From an uncultured Desulfobacteraceae bacterium (GTDB taxonomy: Bacteria; Desulfobacterota; DSM-4660; Desulfatiglandales; HGW-15): a stretch of 64,000 nt of DNA. The position numbers and the translations under genes were made by a program. Under the pieces are notes generated by a model, which saw only the letters and a program-made list of their open reading frames with translations, was not told the DNA's origin and ran no database searches. Shown piece by piece: positions 52,298 through 62,241 of this stretch. The stretch covers positions 825 to 64,824 of the forward strand of contig CAZOLJ010000006.1 of the NCBI GenBank assembly GCA_964580575.1, given 5' to 3'. Each line of letters begins with the position of its first letter. Positions within the stretch are counted from its first letter, which is position 1.

Positions 52298-53716
52298 CTA
52301 TCTGGATGAGGCTGGCCGAGTTGGAAGGGAAATACCGTGCTTCTTCATCAGATTTTGGAAATTCGGCCGCTGCAGTCCCACTTTTTTTGCAGCCCGGGTG
52401 ACATTCCAGTCGTTTTGCATCAGGGCCTGGATAATGAAGTTCCTCTCTACCTCTCTCACGGCATTTTCTCTTATCTCTTTTTTGACTCTTTTGAGAGCTT
52501 CGTTGTTTTCCGGTACTTGGACAACCAGCCCTCCAAGATCGTCCAAGGCAGGTAGTTCCCTGGGGGTGATTTCTTTCCCTTCACAGAGAATCACTGCGCG
52601 CTCAATGACATTCTTGAGCTGCCGCACATTGCCGGGCCAATCGTAAGTCGTCAGTCTGACCGAAGCCTCCTTGGTAAGACCGCTGATGTGCTTGCCGGTC
52701 AGGTCGCTGAACTGCCTCAGAAAGTGATAAGAGATCGGGAGAATGTCGCTTTTCCGGTCCCTGAGGGGTGGAGTAAAAATAGGATACACGAAAATGCGGT
52801 AGTAGAAGTCCTGCCGGAAGGACCCTTCTTTGACCATCTCCATGAGATCTCTGTTGGTCGCCAGGATGAGGCGCACGTCCACTTTTTGGGTCGATGTGGT
52901 GCCTAGGGCAAGGTATTCCCGGGTTTCCAGAAAGCGGAGGAGCATAGCCTGGACCTCCGGACTGATGTTGCTGATTTCGTCCAGAAAGACGGTGCCCCCG
53001 TCCGCCGAATGAAAGATGCCTTCCTTATTCTTGTAAGCCCCCGTGAAGGCGCCTTTGGCATAGCCGAACAGCTCGCTTTCCAGAAGGTTCCCGGACAAGG
53101 TGCCGCAATCAACGGCAAAGAAAACCTTTTCGCTTCGACGGCTGTTCGCATGGATGGCCCGGGCGATCAATTCTTTGCCCGTGCCGCTCTCCCCACAAAT
53201 GAGAACGGTTGAATCCGTGGGAGCCACTTTGGCGATCATCTTGATGACCGCCTGATTCTTCGGGCTTTCCCCGATGAGCCGGTGGGAGATAGTCCTTGAT
53301 TCCCCCTCCTGCAGACTCATTTGCCGATTCTGTGCGCGGATCTCCCAGTCCGAAAGGGCGCGTCGAACAATAGCCCGTAATTCCTCGGGCGTAAACGGTT
53401 TGGGAAGGTAGTCATAGGCCCCTGTTCTCATGACCTCCACGGCGGACGAGACCGTGGCATAGCCGGTAATCACGATCACCATGGAGTCGGGATAGGATTC
53501 TTTTACGCGCCTCAGAACCTCCAGCCCCCCCATGCTGCTCATTTTCAGATCCGTGATGATGACCTCAAAGGGTTTCTGTTCCATCCTCTTCAGCGCATCG
53601 TATCCGTTGAGCACGTAATCGACTTGAAGGCCCTCCTTGGAGAGTATCTTGACACAGCTCTGGCAAATCCCCAGCTCATCATCCACCACAAGGACTCGTC
53701 TGCTCTGATCAGGCAT
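52298..53716 (-). CDS. NtrC-family sigma-54-dependent response regulator (REC + AAA+ + HTH)
   Basis: 'VLVVDDE...ITDLKM', 'GESGTGKE', 'ESELFGYAKGAFTGA', 'GGTVFLDEI' and a C-terminal Fis-type HTH. ATG overlaps the upstream kinase stop (ATGCCTGA). Confidence 0.9.
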   Translation of the reverse strand: MPDQSRRVLVVDDELGICQSCVKILSKEGLQVDYVLNGYDALKRMEQKPFEVIITDLKMSSMGGLEVLRRVKESYPDSMVIVITGYATVSSAVEVMRTGAYDYLPKPFTPEELRAIVRRALSDWEIRAQNRQMSLQEGESRTISHRLIGESPKNQAVIKMIAKVAPTDSTVLICGESGTGKELIARAIHANSRRSEKVFFAVDCGTLSGNLLESELFGYAKGAFTGAYKNKEGIFHSADGGTVFLDEISNISPEVQAMLLRFLETREYLALGTTSTQKVDVRLILATNRDLMEMVKEGSFRQDFYYRIFVYPIFTPPLRDRKSDILPISYHFLRQFSDLTGKHISGLTKEASVRLTTYDWPGNVRQLKNVIERAVILCEGKEITPRELPALDDLGGLVVQVPENNEALKRVKKEIRENAVREVERNFIIQALMQNDWNVTRAAKKVGLQRPNFQNLMKKHGISLPTRPASSR

Positions 53717-55157
53717 TCTGCTCTCCTCTGGGGATGGGGAGATGAATCCTGAACGTCGTTCCTTCACCTACCTTGCTCTCCACGTCTATGGAACCGTCAT
53801 GTTGCTCAATGATTCCGTGCGTAATGGCAAGACCAAGGCCTGTCCCGGTCTCCTTGGATGTGAAGAAGGGATCGAAGATCCTGTCCAAAGCCCGCTCCGG
53901 TATGCCGCCGCCCGTGTCGCTGACCGTGATTTCTACCACCTGTTTTTCGGGAACCAGACGGCTGGCAAAGCGAATCTTTCCTCCAGGATCGGTCGCGTCG
54001 ATGCCGTTGATGGCGAGATTGATGAGGCATTGCTGGATCTGATCCTTGTCGATGTCCACCAAAGGCAGTGGCTCAGAGAGAACGGCCTCAAAAGCGACGT
54101 CCTTGAAAGCGGCTTGCTTTCTGGTGAGGGCCATGGAGTCACGAACAACCTGGTTGATGTCATGACGCGCCTTTGCCGGTTTGCTCTGACGCGCAAAATC
54201 GAGGAGGCTGGTCACGATTTTGCGACACCGCAGAGTCTCATTGGCAATCGTCTCAAGCTCGCGATAGTTGGGATCTTCAATGTCCATTTCCTCCTGAATC
54301 AGCAGGGCCGTGGTGAGAATAGTGGTCAGAGGGTTATTGATCTCATGGGCCACGCCTGCGGCCAATTGGCCCACGGAGGCGAGTTTCTGCTGCTCCACGA
54401 GTTTCTTTTGAAGGAGAATGTCCCTGGTAATGTCCTTTGAAATCTCTATGACACCCTGCACCGCATGGTCGCTGAAGATAGGATAACAGGAAATCGAATA
54501 GTAGCGTGGGTTGTCTTCTTTGTCCCGATGGACGTGAGTGGCTTGTGAGGCTCTGCCGGTGCCGAGGCATTCTATGAGAGGGCAGGGGTGTTCTTTCCCA
54601 TCGCAGGGTTTATTCCGGTCGTGGGAAAGCTCGTAACAGTGCATGCCCAAGGCGGAAGCCCTGTTTAGCCCCATCTTCTTGAGCAATGTGTCATTGATGT
54701 CGAGAATGCCGTAGTCCCTTCCGATGAGCATCACGTCTTCGTGAAAAAAAGCATTGATGACCGCCTCGTACAGAGTCGTCATTCTCGCAAGCTCCTGTCG
54801 GGTCCTGTCCAGGACTCTGTCCCCGGCAACAAGCTCGCCCAAGAGTTCCGCCGCTCCATCGTCAAGAAAAATAACCTGTTTCCCTTTTTCTTGAAGCACC
54901 GTCTTGGATACACCCGTATCGTCGGTCAGGCTGACCACCAGGTCAATGTCCTTTCGCTGGAGTACCTTGTGCAGATCCCGCGTCACGGATACGCTCCGGT
55001 CCCCTGCATGGGTCACGGCCGATGCCTCTTCTCCCGAGTCTACGATCGCGACGATGGCGGGATCAAGTGTCTCGAAAACGCGTTTTTGAAAGCGATCCAG
55101 AAAATCCATGCATTTCTGCCCGCTACCAATCACGACAATCTTCAGCTTCTTCCTCAC
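53709..55157 (-). CDS. Sensor histidine kinase (N-terminal Rossmann-like or unknown domain + PAS + HisKA/HATPase)
   Basis: H-box 'GVAHEINNPL', 'DTGGGI' and 'GTGLGL'. PAS with 'CYEL..(x10)C(x6)CP'. Confidence 0.85.
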   Translation of the reverse strand: MRKKLKIVVIGSGQKCMDFLDRFQKRVFETLDPAIVAIVDSGEEASAVTHAGDRSVSVTRDLHKVLQRKDIDLVVSLTDDTGVSKTVLQEKGKQVIFLDDGAAELLGELVAGDRVLDRTRQELARMTTLYEAVINAFFHEDVMLIGRDYGILDINDTLLKKMGLNRASALGMHCYELSHDRNKPCDGKEHPCPLIECLGTGRASQATHVHRDKEDNPRYYSISCYPIFSDHAVQGVIEISKDITRDILLQKKLVEQQKLASVGQLAAGVAHEINNPLTTILTTALLIQEEMDIEDPNYRELETIANETLRCRKIVTSLLDFARQSKPAKARHDINQVVRDSMALTRKQAAFKDVAFEAVLSEPLPLVDIDKDQIQQCLINLAINGIDATDPGGKIRFASRLVPEKQVVEITVSDTGGGIPERALDRIFDPFFTSKETGTGLGLAITHGIIEQHDGSIDVESKVGEGTTFRIHLPIPRGEQNA

Positions 55158-55364
55158 CCTTTTTGTGGCTCCTTAAAGGTCCCTGTTAAGCGAATACGCA
55201 TCTCCGAGAGCGCGCTGAGAAGCCCCTTTGTACAGGCCCCTCTACAAAATCATGGTAGGCCAGTGAGGATCTAAAATCAAGAAGGAACAGGCTCGGGAGG
55301 TTGGGAAGGCTCCGGATGGTCTCGGGGCCTGGCGAAGGACCACAGAGGCCCTCCGAGGGCGTCC

Positions 55365-56441
55365 TCATCCGGAGATCTGCGAGGTGAACGGCAAAATGAT
55401 TCTGAAAGTGCTTCCTTTGCCGGGGCTGCTGAGGACCTCGATTCTGCCGTCGTGCTCCTTCACGATTTCATGAACTACCATCAGTCCGAGGCCGGTGCCG
55501 TCCGTTCCCTTTGTGGAGAAGAAGTGGGTGAAGATTTTCTCAGAGGTGGCGTGGTCCATCCCAATCCCGTCATCCTCCACCTCGATGACGAAATGACGGC
55601 GGTCATAGAAATCGGCTTTCACAGCGATGGCGTGAGAGTCTTTTCCTTTATCCCTGCGGCACGCTTCCATGGCATTGGAAAGAAGATTGATCAACATCCG
55701 GCGCATGGCGCCGGGATCCATATGAACCACAGGAAGACGAGGGTTCGTGTTCGCTCTCAGTTTGCACTCGATCGACTGAGCTTTTTCGTAAAAGAATGCG
55801 ATGGACTCCATGAGCATTTTATCAAGGGCAATCGCCTCATAGACAGGCTTCCTTTTCTTGGTGGAATACAGGATATTCTGGACCAGGCCGGAAATCTCCT
55901 GGATGTTTTTTTTGACCACAGACCATCCTTTTTTCATCAGTTCCTGATCTTGGTCCTTCAGCGCTTCATCCACCACATAGGCGCCTCCTTGGAGACCCTC
56001 CAAAATGTTCTTGATATCATGGGAAAGGATCGCCACAGACTGACCGAGGAGAGTGAGTCCCTTCTGGGTCTCTTTCACCTTGCTGATGTTGGACGACAGC
56101 TCCAGAACCGCAACGACATTGCCCAGGGCATCCGTAATGGGGGAAGAGTAAATCACCACGTGGACGGGGCCGCTGCCCCCCAGTTGCACGACCTCTTCGC
56201 TGACGTGGGCCTTCTTGTCCTGAAAGGTCTCCCAGACAGGGCAGGAAGAGCATCGGGCGGAACTCCTTAAATAGACTTCATGGCACTTCTTGCCGATCGC
56301 ATCGCCGAAGTCATTTCGGAAGGTCTGGTTGGTTTGCAGGATGGTGAAAGATCGGTCTTGAATGGAGACATAGCAAGGAAGCAGATCGACAATCGCCTTG
56401 TACCCAAGGTCAATGAGGGTGGGATGAGTTTTTTCTTCCAT
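55365..56441 (-). CDS. PAS sensor histidine kinase
   Basis: 'LSHDIKN' H-box, 'DDGIGM' and 'GTGLGL'. PAS with 'CHEVY..(x10)C(x2)CP'. Confidence 0.85.
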   Translation of the reverse strand: MEEKTHPTLIDLGYKAIVDLLPCYVSIQDRSFTILQTNQTFRNDFGDAIGKKCHEVYLRSSARCSSCPVWETFQDKKAHVSEEVVQLGGSGPVHVVIYSSPITDALGNVVAVLELSSNISKVKETQKGLTLLGQSVAILSHDIKNILEGLQGGAYVVDEALKDQDQELMKKGWSVVKKNIQEISGLVQNILYSTKKRKPVYEAIALDKMLMESIAFFYEKAQSIECKLRANTNPRLPVVHMDPGAMRRMLINLLSNAMEACRRDKGKDSHAIAVKADFYDRRHFVIEVEDDGIGMDHATSEKIFTHFFSTKGTDGTGLGLMVVHEIVKEHDGRIEVLSSPGKGSTFRIILPFTSQISG

Positions 56442-56488
56442 GGTCCTGAACTCTCCGGCTGGTGCGAACCCTCAAGGTCCGGTTGGCC

Positions 56489-56881
56489 TTATTTCAGGCA
56501 GTTCCGAACGGCATCCAGGATTTCATCAGGCTCAGGCGGCTTCTCGATGTAAGCTGCAGGTTCAGGGATTTTCTCTCCCTTGTATTCATCCAGCACTTTC
56601 TGGGAATGAAAAAAGGTTTTTTTGGACAGCGCTGACAACATGATCACAGGAATATCCTTCAGTTCAGGGTCGTTCCTTAACTCGCGATAGAGGTTGATCC
56701 CGCTCTCTTTGGGCATCATGATGTCCAGGATAATGAGAGCCGGCCTGCTCTTGCGGGCCACCTCCAGCCCCTGGAAACCGTCCTGAGCCGTGAGAGGCTT
56801 AAAGCCGTTGGTTTCCAGCAGGGTGGTGATAAAGGTTCTCATGTCCAATTCGTCGTCAACTACAAGGACTTTCTTCGCCAT
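56489..56881 (-). CDS. Single-domain response regulator
   Basis: 'VLVVDDE...ILDIMMP...K'. ATG at 56881 after RBS GGAGGG. Confidence 0.85.
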   Translation of the reverse strand: MAKKVLVVDDELDMRTFITTLLETNGFKPLTAQDGFQGLEVARKSRPALIILDIMMPKESGINLYRELRNDPELKDIPVIMLSALSKKTFFHSQKVLDEYKGEKIPEPAAYIEKPPEPDEILDAVRNCLK

Positions 56882-57022
56882 CTGCGTTTCCCTCCATGAA
56901 ATCATGTTGCTTCGCTCGATGATTTCATCATGCGCGACTACGTCGCTTGTTAATTTGGATAAACGCCTGTGCCTTTGTGAAGCGGCGCAGCCGCGTTTCA
57001 TGAAATCGCGTGAGCGATTTTA

Positions 57023-57526
57023 TCAATACATGCTTCCAGGCAGAGTGAATTGTTTTGCCGGATTGCGAATTGCGATGACATGGCAATGGGCGTATTTGGA
57101 TACATTGGCCACCGTGCTTCCGTGAATCATGCGATCCTGTTCCGCCTTGCCTAGGGCCCCCATGACGATCACATCAATGGCGTTTTTCTTCGCATAACGG
57201 ATGATTTCCACATCGGGCGACCCGCTCTTGACGACGAACAAGTAGTTCTTGAAATCCCCGAGCTTCTTCTCGTACTCCTCCTTGAGCGCCTCCCTGGCCC
57301 GCTTCTCCAAGTCTTCGTCATAGAAGGCCTCACCGCCGGGAGACCCTGAAGGAACATGTTCGTCAACCACATTCCTCAGATAGGAATAGGAAGAGTGGGG
57401 GACATGAAAAATGTGGAGCTTTGCACCATGCTTCTTCGCAAGGTCGAAGGCGTGAAGGAAGGCGATGTTGGCGTCCTCTGAAAAATCCGTGCAGAAAAGG
57501 ATGTTCTTATATTCTATCATGATCAA
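57023..57526 (-). CDS. Universal stress protein (UspA family)
   Basis: 'ILFCTDFSE.A..A...A..LA...GA.L...HV' and 'VMGA.G......GS.A..V......CHV..I'. Confidence 0.85.
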   Translation of the reverse strand: MIMIEYKNILFCTDFSEDANIAFLHAFDLAKKHGAKLHIFHVPHSSYSYLRNVVDEHVPSGSPGGEAFYDEDLEKRAREALKEEYEKKLGDFKNYLFVVKSGSPDVEIIRYAKKNAIDVIVMGALGKAEQDRMIHGSTVANVSKYAHCHVIAIRNPAKQFTLPGSMY

Positions 57527-57550
57527 CCCCTCTCAAAAGAAATGATGTTT

Positions 57551-58696
57551 TCATGCGGATGGCTTCTTTTCGGGAAGCCTCACCCTGAAGACCGTGCCGC
57601 TCCCTTTCTCGGACGAGAGATCCATGACCCCTCCGTGCTCGTCAACGATCTTCTTGGCGATCATCAAACCAAGACCCGTGCCCCTCGAGCCCTTTGTGCT
57701 GAAAAAAATCTGAAAAACCTTCTTTCTCGTCTCTTCATCCATGCCGCAGCCATTGTCAATCACCTGATATTCCACGGCCCACCCCTGAGGCTTCGACGTG
57801 CGAAGGGACACCTCGCATGTTCTTGCAGCGCAGGAAATGTCTGTGCATGCATCAATCGCGTTGGTCAACAGATTGAGGAGAACCCGGTGAATCCCTTCGC
57901 GGTCAAACCACACGTGTGGCAAACCCAGAGCTGGAGCAATCTTCAGGGCTAGCCCTAACTCTGTGGCCCGGGGAAGCATCAGATCATAAACCTCCTTGGC
58001 AGGGCCATTAGGATCGCACAGCTCATACTCGGGCTCCCTCTCCTTGGCGTAGTTCAGGAGATCCACCGCCATGCCTTTGATCTTCTGAACGTTTCCCTTG
58101 ATCATTTGCCAGCCTTGGCTCAGATAGGTTCTGTTCTCCAGGTCAATGCCTTTTTCAAGGACGTACATCCCGCCTGTCAGGCCGGCCGTGATATTCTTGA
58201 TGGCGTGGGCCAGCGCTGCCACGGTCTGGCCCACAGCCGCAAGCCTTTCCGCTTCCACAAGCTTCCGGCTCTTCTCCTCAACCAGCTTCTCCAGGTTTTC
58301 CGTGTACTCCCTGAGCGTCTTTTTGTAGGAAATCCTCTCCAGGGCCCTTCGGAGGGCAATGTCGAGCGTTTCATCGTGGATGGGCTTTGTGATGAAATCA
58401 GACGCATCGTACTTGAGACTCTGTATGGCAAGCTCCATTTCGCCGTGGCCCGTGATCATGATCACTTCGGTGTTGGGGCTTTCTTCCTTAACGCGCTTGA
58501 GCAGTTCGATCCCATCCATCCCGGGCATCTTGATGTCGGTGAGGATGACCTCGGGATCCGCTTCATGGAAAACCCGAAGCGCCTCTTCACCGTTTTGAGC
58601 GGTCAGTACCCGGTAGCCTCGGTCGGCCAGAGAGATGCCCAGGACTTTGAGAATGCCCGGTTCGTCATCAACAAGGAGCACTTGTTTTTCCATCAA
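57551..58696 (-). CDS. Hybrid receiver-histidine kinase
   Basis: N-terminal 'VLLVDDEP...LTDIKMPGMDG', then H-box 'LAHAIKN', 'DNGCGM' and 'GTGLGL'. Confidence 0.85.
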   Translation of the reverse strand: MMEKQVLLVDDEPGILKVLGISLADRGYRVLTAQNGEEALRVFHEADPEVILTDIKMPGMDGIELLKRVKEESPNTEVIMITGHGEMELAIQSLKYDASDFITKPIHDETLDIALRRALERISYKKTLREYTENLEKLVEEKSRKLVEAERLAAVGQTVAALAHAIKNITAGLTGGMYVLEKGIDLENRTYLSQGWQMIKGNVQKIKGMAVDLLNYAKEREPEYELCDPNGPAKEVYDLMLPRATELGLALKIAPALGLPHVWFDREGIHRVLLNLLTNAIDACTDISCAARTCEVSLRTSKPQGWAVEYQVIDNGCGMDEETRKKVFQIFFSTKGSRGTGLGLMIAKKIVDEHGGVMDLSSEKGSGTVFRVRLPEKKPSA

Positions 58697-60180
58697 GCCT
58701 CGTTAATCCGGGGAAACCTGATGATAAAGGTCGCCCCTTCCCCTTCGTTGCTTTCCACATGGATGGTGCCGTCATAATCCTGCACAATGCCATAGCTGAT
58801 GGAAAGACCGAGTCCTGTTCCCTTGCCCACCTTTTTGGTCGTGAAGAAAGGTTCGAATATTCTGTGGAGAATGGCTTCAGGAATTCCTGTTCCGGTATCG
58901 CTCACTTCAATGGTGACCATCGCATCTTCGGCCTTGGTTCTCAAGGTGATGCGTTTTGCTTCTTCTTTGTGGTCGCCTTGCTCCCATTTCTTCTCGATCG
59001 CATCTCGGGCGTTGATCAGAAGGTTAACGAAAACCTGCTCCAGCCGATTAGGATCGGCCAGAATCGGGGGAAGATCCTCACAAAAACCCTCCACCACCTC
59101 GATTTCTCGCAACTTCAATTGCTGCTTGAAAAAGTCAACCGCCCGTCTGAGGACATCGTTGACCTGAACCTTTTCTCTTGCCACGTCTGATTTTCGGCCG
59201 AAGTCTCTCATGTGGCCGATGATTTTCGAGGCCCTGTCCACATGGGTGTCAATCTCTTCGGCCATGGTTCCGAGAATGCCTGCCTTGATCTGCTCCCCGC
59301 CGCCGGCCTTCCTTCGCAAGAAACTGCTCGCTGTCTTGATGACGGAAAGAGGCTGATTGAGTTCGTGGGCGATGCCTGTCGCCATTTCCCCAAGAGTGGT
59401 CATTTTGCCGGCCTGGATCAACTGCTGCTCGGCCATCAAGCGCACCGTGATGTCACTGGTGGTGACAAGAAAGACCTTCCAGCCATTGAATTCAGAGGAA
59501 GAAATGTGAATGCTCACATAGATGACCTTCCCGTCCTTGCGCACCTGTCTCGCCCGGTCGATGATGTTTGTGGATTTGAGACTGACCTCATAGCTCTTCC
59601 GATCATTGCCCTCAAATAGATCAAGGAAGGAGGTCATATAAATCTCGTCTTTGGAGAACCCATAGACAGCGGCGACGCTTTCATTACAGTCGAGAATCTT
59701 GAGGTTCTGCGCGTTCAAAACAAAAACCGGATTGGGAATCGTGTTGAAGATGATGCGGTATTTTTCTTCCGACTTCCTGGCCTCTTTTTCCAGCAATCTC
59801 AGATGGGTCAAGTCCAAACTCATTTCCATGACCGCGGTGACTTCCCCTTTTGAATTCTTGATGGGTGAGGTCTTCACCAGCCAGTAGGTCTCGGTGCCGT
59901 CCTTGGTCACGGCCTGTTCTTCGCTCACATGGGGTCGTCCGTCTTCAAAGGTCTTGAGGACAGGGCAGTCAGGGCATTTTTCAGAACGGCCTTTGTAAGC
60001 CTTGAAGCAGAAATCTCCCGGTTCCGGAGAGAACATCTTTTCGAACTCCCGGTTGTATCGCAGGAGCTTCAGATCCCGATCCTGGACAGTAATGTAGCAG
60101 GGAGACTCCTCAAAGAGCGTCTGGTATTCGTTCTGGTGGCGATTGGATGGTTCTTGTTTAGCCTTGATCAAAGGGTCCAT
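58693..60180 (-). CDS. PAS-PAS sensor histidine kinase
   Basis: H-box '[10 protein letters not shown]', 'DTGTGI' and 'GTGLGL'. The first PAS has 'CFKAY..(x10)C(x2)CP'. Confidence 0.85.
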   Translation of the reverse strand: MDPLIKAKQEPSNRHQNEYQTLFEESPCYITVQDRDLKLLRYNREFEKMFSPEPGDFCFKAYKGRSEKCPDCPVLKTFEDGRPHVSEEQAVTKDGTETYWLVKTSPIKNSKGEVTAVMEMSLDLTHLRLLEKEARKSEEKYRIIFNTIPNPVFVLNAQNLKILDCNESVAAVYGFSKDEIYMTSFLDLFEGNDRKSYEVSLKSTNIIDRARQVRKDGKVIYVSIHISSSEFNGWKVFLVTTSDITVRLMAEQQLIQAGKMTTLGEMATGIAHELNQPLSVIKTASSFLRRKAGGGEQIKAGILGTMAEEIDTHVDRASKIIGHMRDFGRKSDVAREKVQVNDVLRRAVDFFKQQLKLREIEVVEGFCEDLPPILADPNRLEQVFVNLLINARDAIEKKWEQGDHKEEAKRITLRTKAEDAMVTIEVSDTGTGIPEAILHRIFEPFFTTKKVGKGTGLGLSISYGIVQDYDGTIHVESNEGEGATFIIRFPRINEA

Positions 60181-60245
60181 CGAATTGATCGCATCCTTTT
60201 TTTCGATTCCGCTCTCCCCTGGGGTAACGCTCTCCGGTCGCCGGC

Positions 60246-61529
60246 CTACTCCTCCTCTTCTTCCTCCTTGGGAATCATGTGTTCCGGGATCTCCATGTGC
60301 TCGGCGATCACTTCCTTGAAGTGGACGGCCTTGATGTCGAGCTTGTGCTCCTTGGCCAGGTCCCGGATCTGGTCGATGCAGTTGTGGCAGGGCACCAGAA
60401 CGATCTTGGCGCCTGTTTCGCGGATCTGCTCGGCCTTGATCTTTCCCGAAGCCAGGCGGTACTTTTTCATTTCACCGCCCATGGGCATGGCCCCGCCGCC
60501 GCCCCCGCAACAGTAGTTGTAGTTGCCCTGGTACTTCATGGGGCGGAAATCCTCCGACACCATTTCAGCCAGATGCCGGTTTTTCTCTGCGAGTCCTCCG
60601 CTCCGGATGACATTGCAGGGGTCCTGGACCGTGGTGGGCACTTTGATCTTCTCTTTGAGCTTGATCCGGCCGTCCCTGAGGTAATCGTGGAAGAGTTCCA
60701 CCGAGTGAATCACTTCCTGCTTTGGCTCGTATCCCAACCAGGTGGGCGCTTCGTACCGAAGCGCACGATACGCGTGTCCTCACTCGGTTATGGCGACTTG
60801 TTTCACCTCCAGTTCCTCGGCGCGCTTGAAGGTGTTTTCAACGATCATGCGAGCGGTAGGCGCATCATTGATGAACATGGCCAGGTTCGTACCGTCCCAT
60901 CCTTTCTCGCTCGGGACAGTCCAGTCCTCCCCGGCGACCGTAAAGATTTTGGCCACCTCCATGATGTCCTGAGGGTAGAACTTGGGCTCCCTGGCATTCA
61001 CCGTGTACATGATTTTGGCGCCCTTCTTGTCGATGGGGATCTTGACGCCCACGACTTCCGCCGCGGCCTCCTCCTCGCACCACTGGATGGTCTCGACCCA
61101 GTCTTCCTTGGACACGGCCATCTGATTGCCGGTGAGCTTGTAGTTTTCGACGGCTTTCTTGAGACCTTCAGGCGCGATTCCCAAGGAGGTCAGCAGGCCC
61201 CGGAGGGTGGAGATGAGAAAGCCGATGTCAATGCCGAAGGGACAGTAGAGGGTGCAGCGCCTGCACATGTTGCACTCATAGTAAATGGTTTTGTAGATCT
61301 CCTGGAGGTACTCCTTGTCCACCCGGCCTTTTTTCTTGAGCAGGTCTCTCAAGAATCTCACTTTGTAGGCGGGGATCATTTTGGGATCTTTCCCGCTCGC
61401 CAGATAGAAGTGGCAGGTGTCGGCGCACATGCTGCAGTGGGTGCAGGTTTCAATCCACGTCTTCAAACGGGCACCCAATCGGGGTTTGAGGAAATCCATG
61501 ATCGCTTTCGGGTTCACGTCTTCAGTCAT
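60246..61529 (-). CDS. DsrK/HdrD-like Fe-S (CCG-domain) protein with selenocysteine (UGA at 60780-60782 recoded)
   Basis: Track ORFs 60780-61529 and 60246-60737 are in frame. Read-through gives '...KQVAITE-U-GHAYRALRYEAPTWLGYEPK...'. 'CTHCSMCADTC' and 'CNMCRRCTLYCP' are N-terminal; 'NYCCGGGGG' and 'PCHNC' are C-terminal. Perfect 8-bp hairpin GCGCUUCG-GUA-CGAAGCGC lies 15 nt after the UGA (plus 60746-60764). Poly-E tail, as in 38291-39604. Confidence 0.8.
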
Positions 61530-61575
61530 AGGGCAACTCCTTTAGCCAGGAAAATCTCTTTCAAAACCCACCAGG

Positions 61576-62241
61576 CTATATTGAGTATCCTCTTCTTCCG
61601 AATTCGATGCCGCTGGCTGCCCGGGAGAAGAAGAAAAGCACGGAGTGGGAGAGTCTTGTAAAAGGGATCAGGATGAGCATGAGCTCTGCAGAGAGAACAT
61701 GGAAGAGCCTCATGTTGTCACCGAGAAACTTGATGCTGTCCAAGGTGCCGTGAGTGAGGAAATAACCGGTCAGAAAGGGGAGAACCGTCACCACGATGAG
61801 GAGGTAATCGCCAGCCGTGGTGAGGAGGCGGAGATCAGGCAACAGTGCCCTTCTCAGGATGAAAAAAATAGCGATCGCAAGAAGGAGCAGCGTCATCCAG
61901 TCCGCCCATTTGTCGGGGATAGAGGACCAGGACCACCCGAAGCGTGACTCCTCCCACAGCGAGACGTGGCCTGCCAGCCAGATGGGCACCACAATGAGGC
62001 AGATGTGAAAGAGGTAGACACAGATAATGAAAACAGGGTTTTTTTTCACCGTCACATTGAGGGGCAGCAGCCACCGGCCCAAGGTGGCGAGAATGTATTT
62101 CACGCTGAAATAATTGTAGAGGGGCTTATCCTTTGTCCTGGCGACAAAGATGAACTGGGCCATGCGGATCAGCGTTCCGATGATGAAAACAAGAAAAGCG
62201 ATCCACAGTAGGGGTCCTTCGGCAAATGAGCTAAAGTCCAT
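61576..62241 (-). CDS. DsrM/HmeC/NarI-like membrane cytochrome b-type subunit
   Basis: Five or six predicted TM helices with conserved His residues ('FHICLI', 'GHVSLW', 'FHVLS', 'LSH'). Immediately upstream of the DsrK-like gene. Confidence 0.7.
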   Translation of the reverse strand: MDFSSFAEGPLLWIAFLVFIIGTLIRMAQFIFVARTKDKPLYNYFSVKYILATLGRWLLPLNVTVKKNPVFIICVYLFHICLIVVPIWLAGHVSLWEESRFGWSWSSIPDKWADWMTLLLLAIAIFFILRRALLPDLRLLTTAGDYLLIVVTVLPFLTGYFLTHGTLDSIKFLGDNMRLFHVLSAELMLILIPFTRLSHSVLFFFSRAASGIEFGRRGYSI

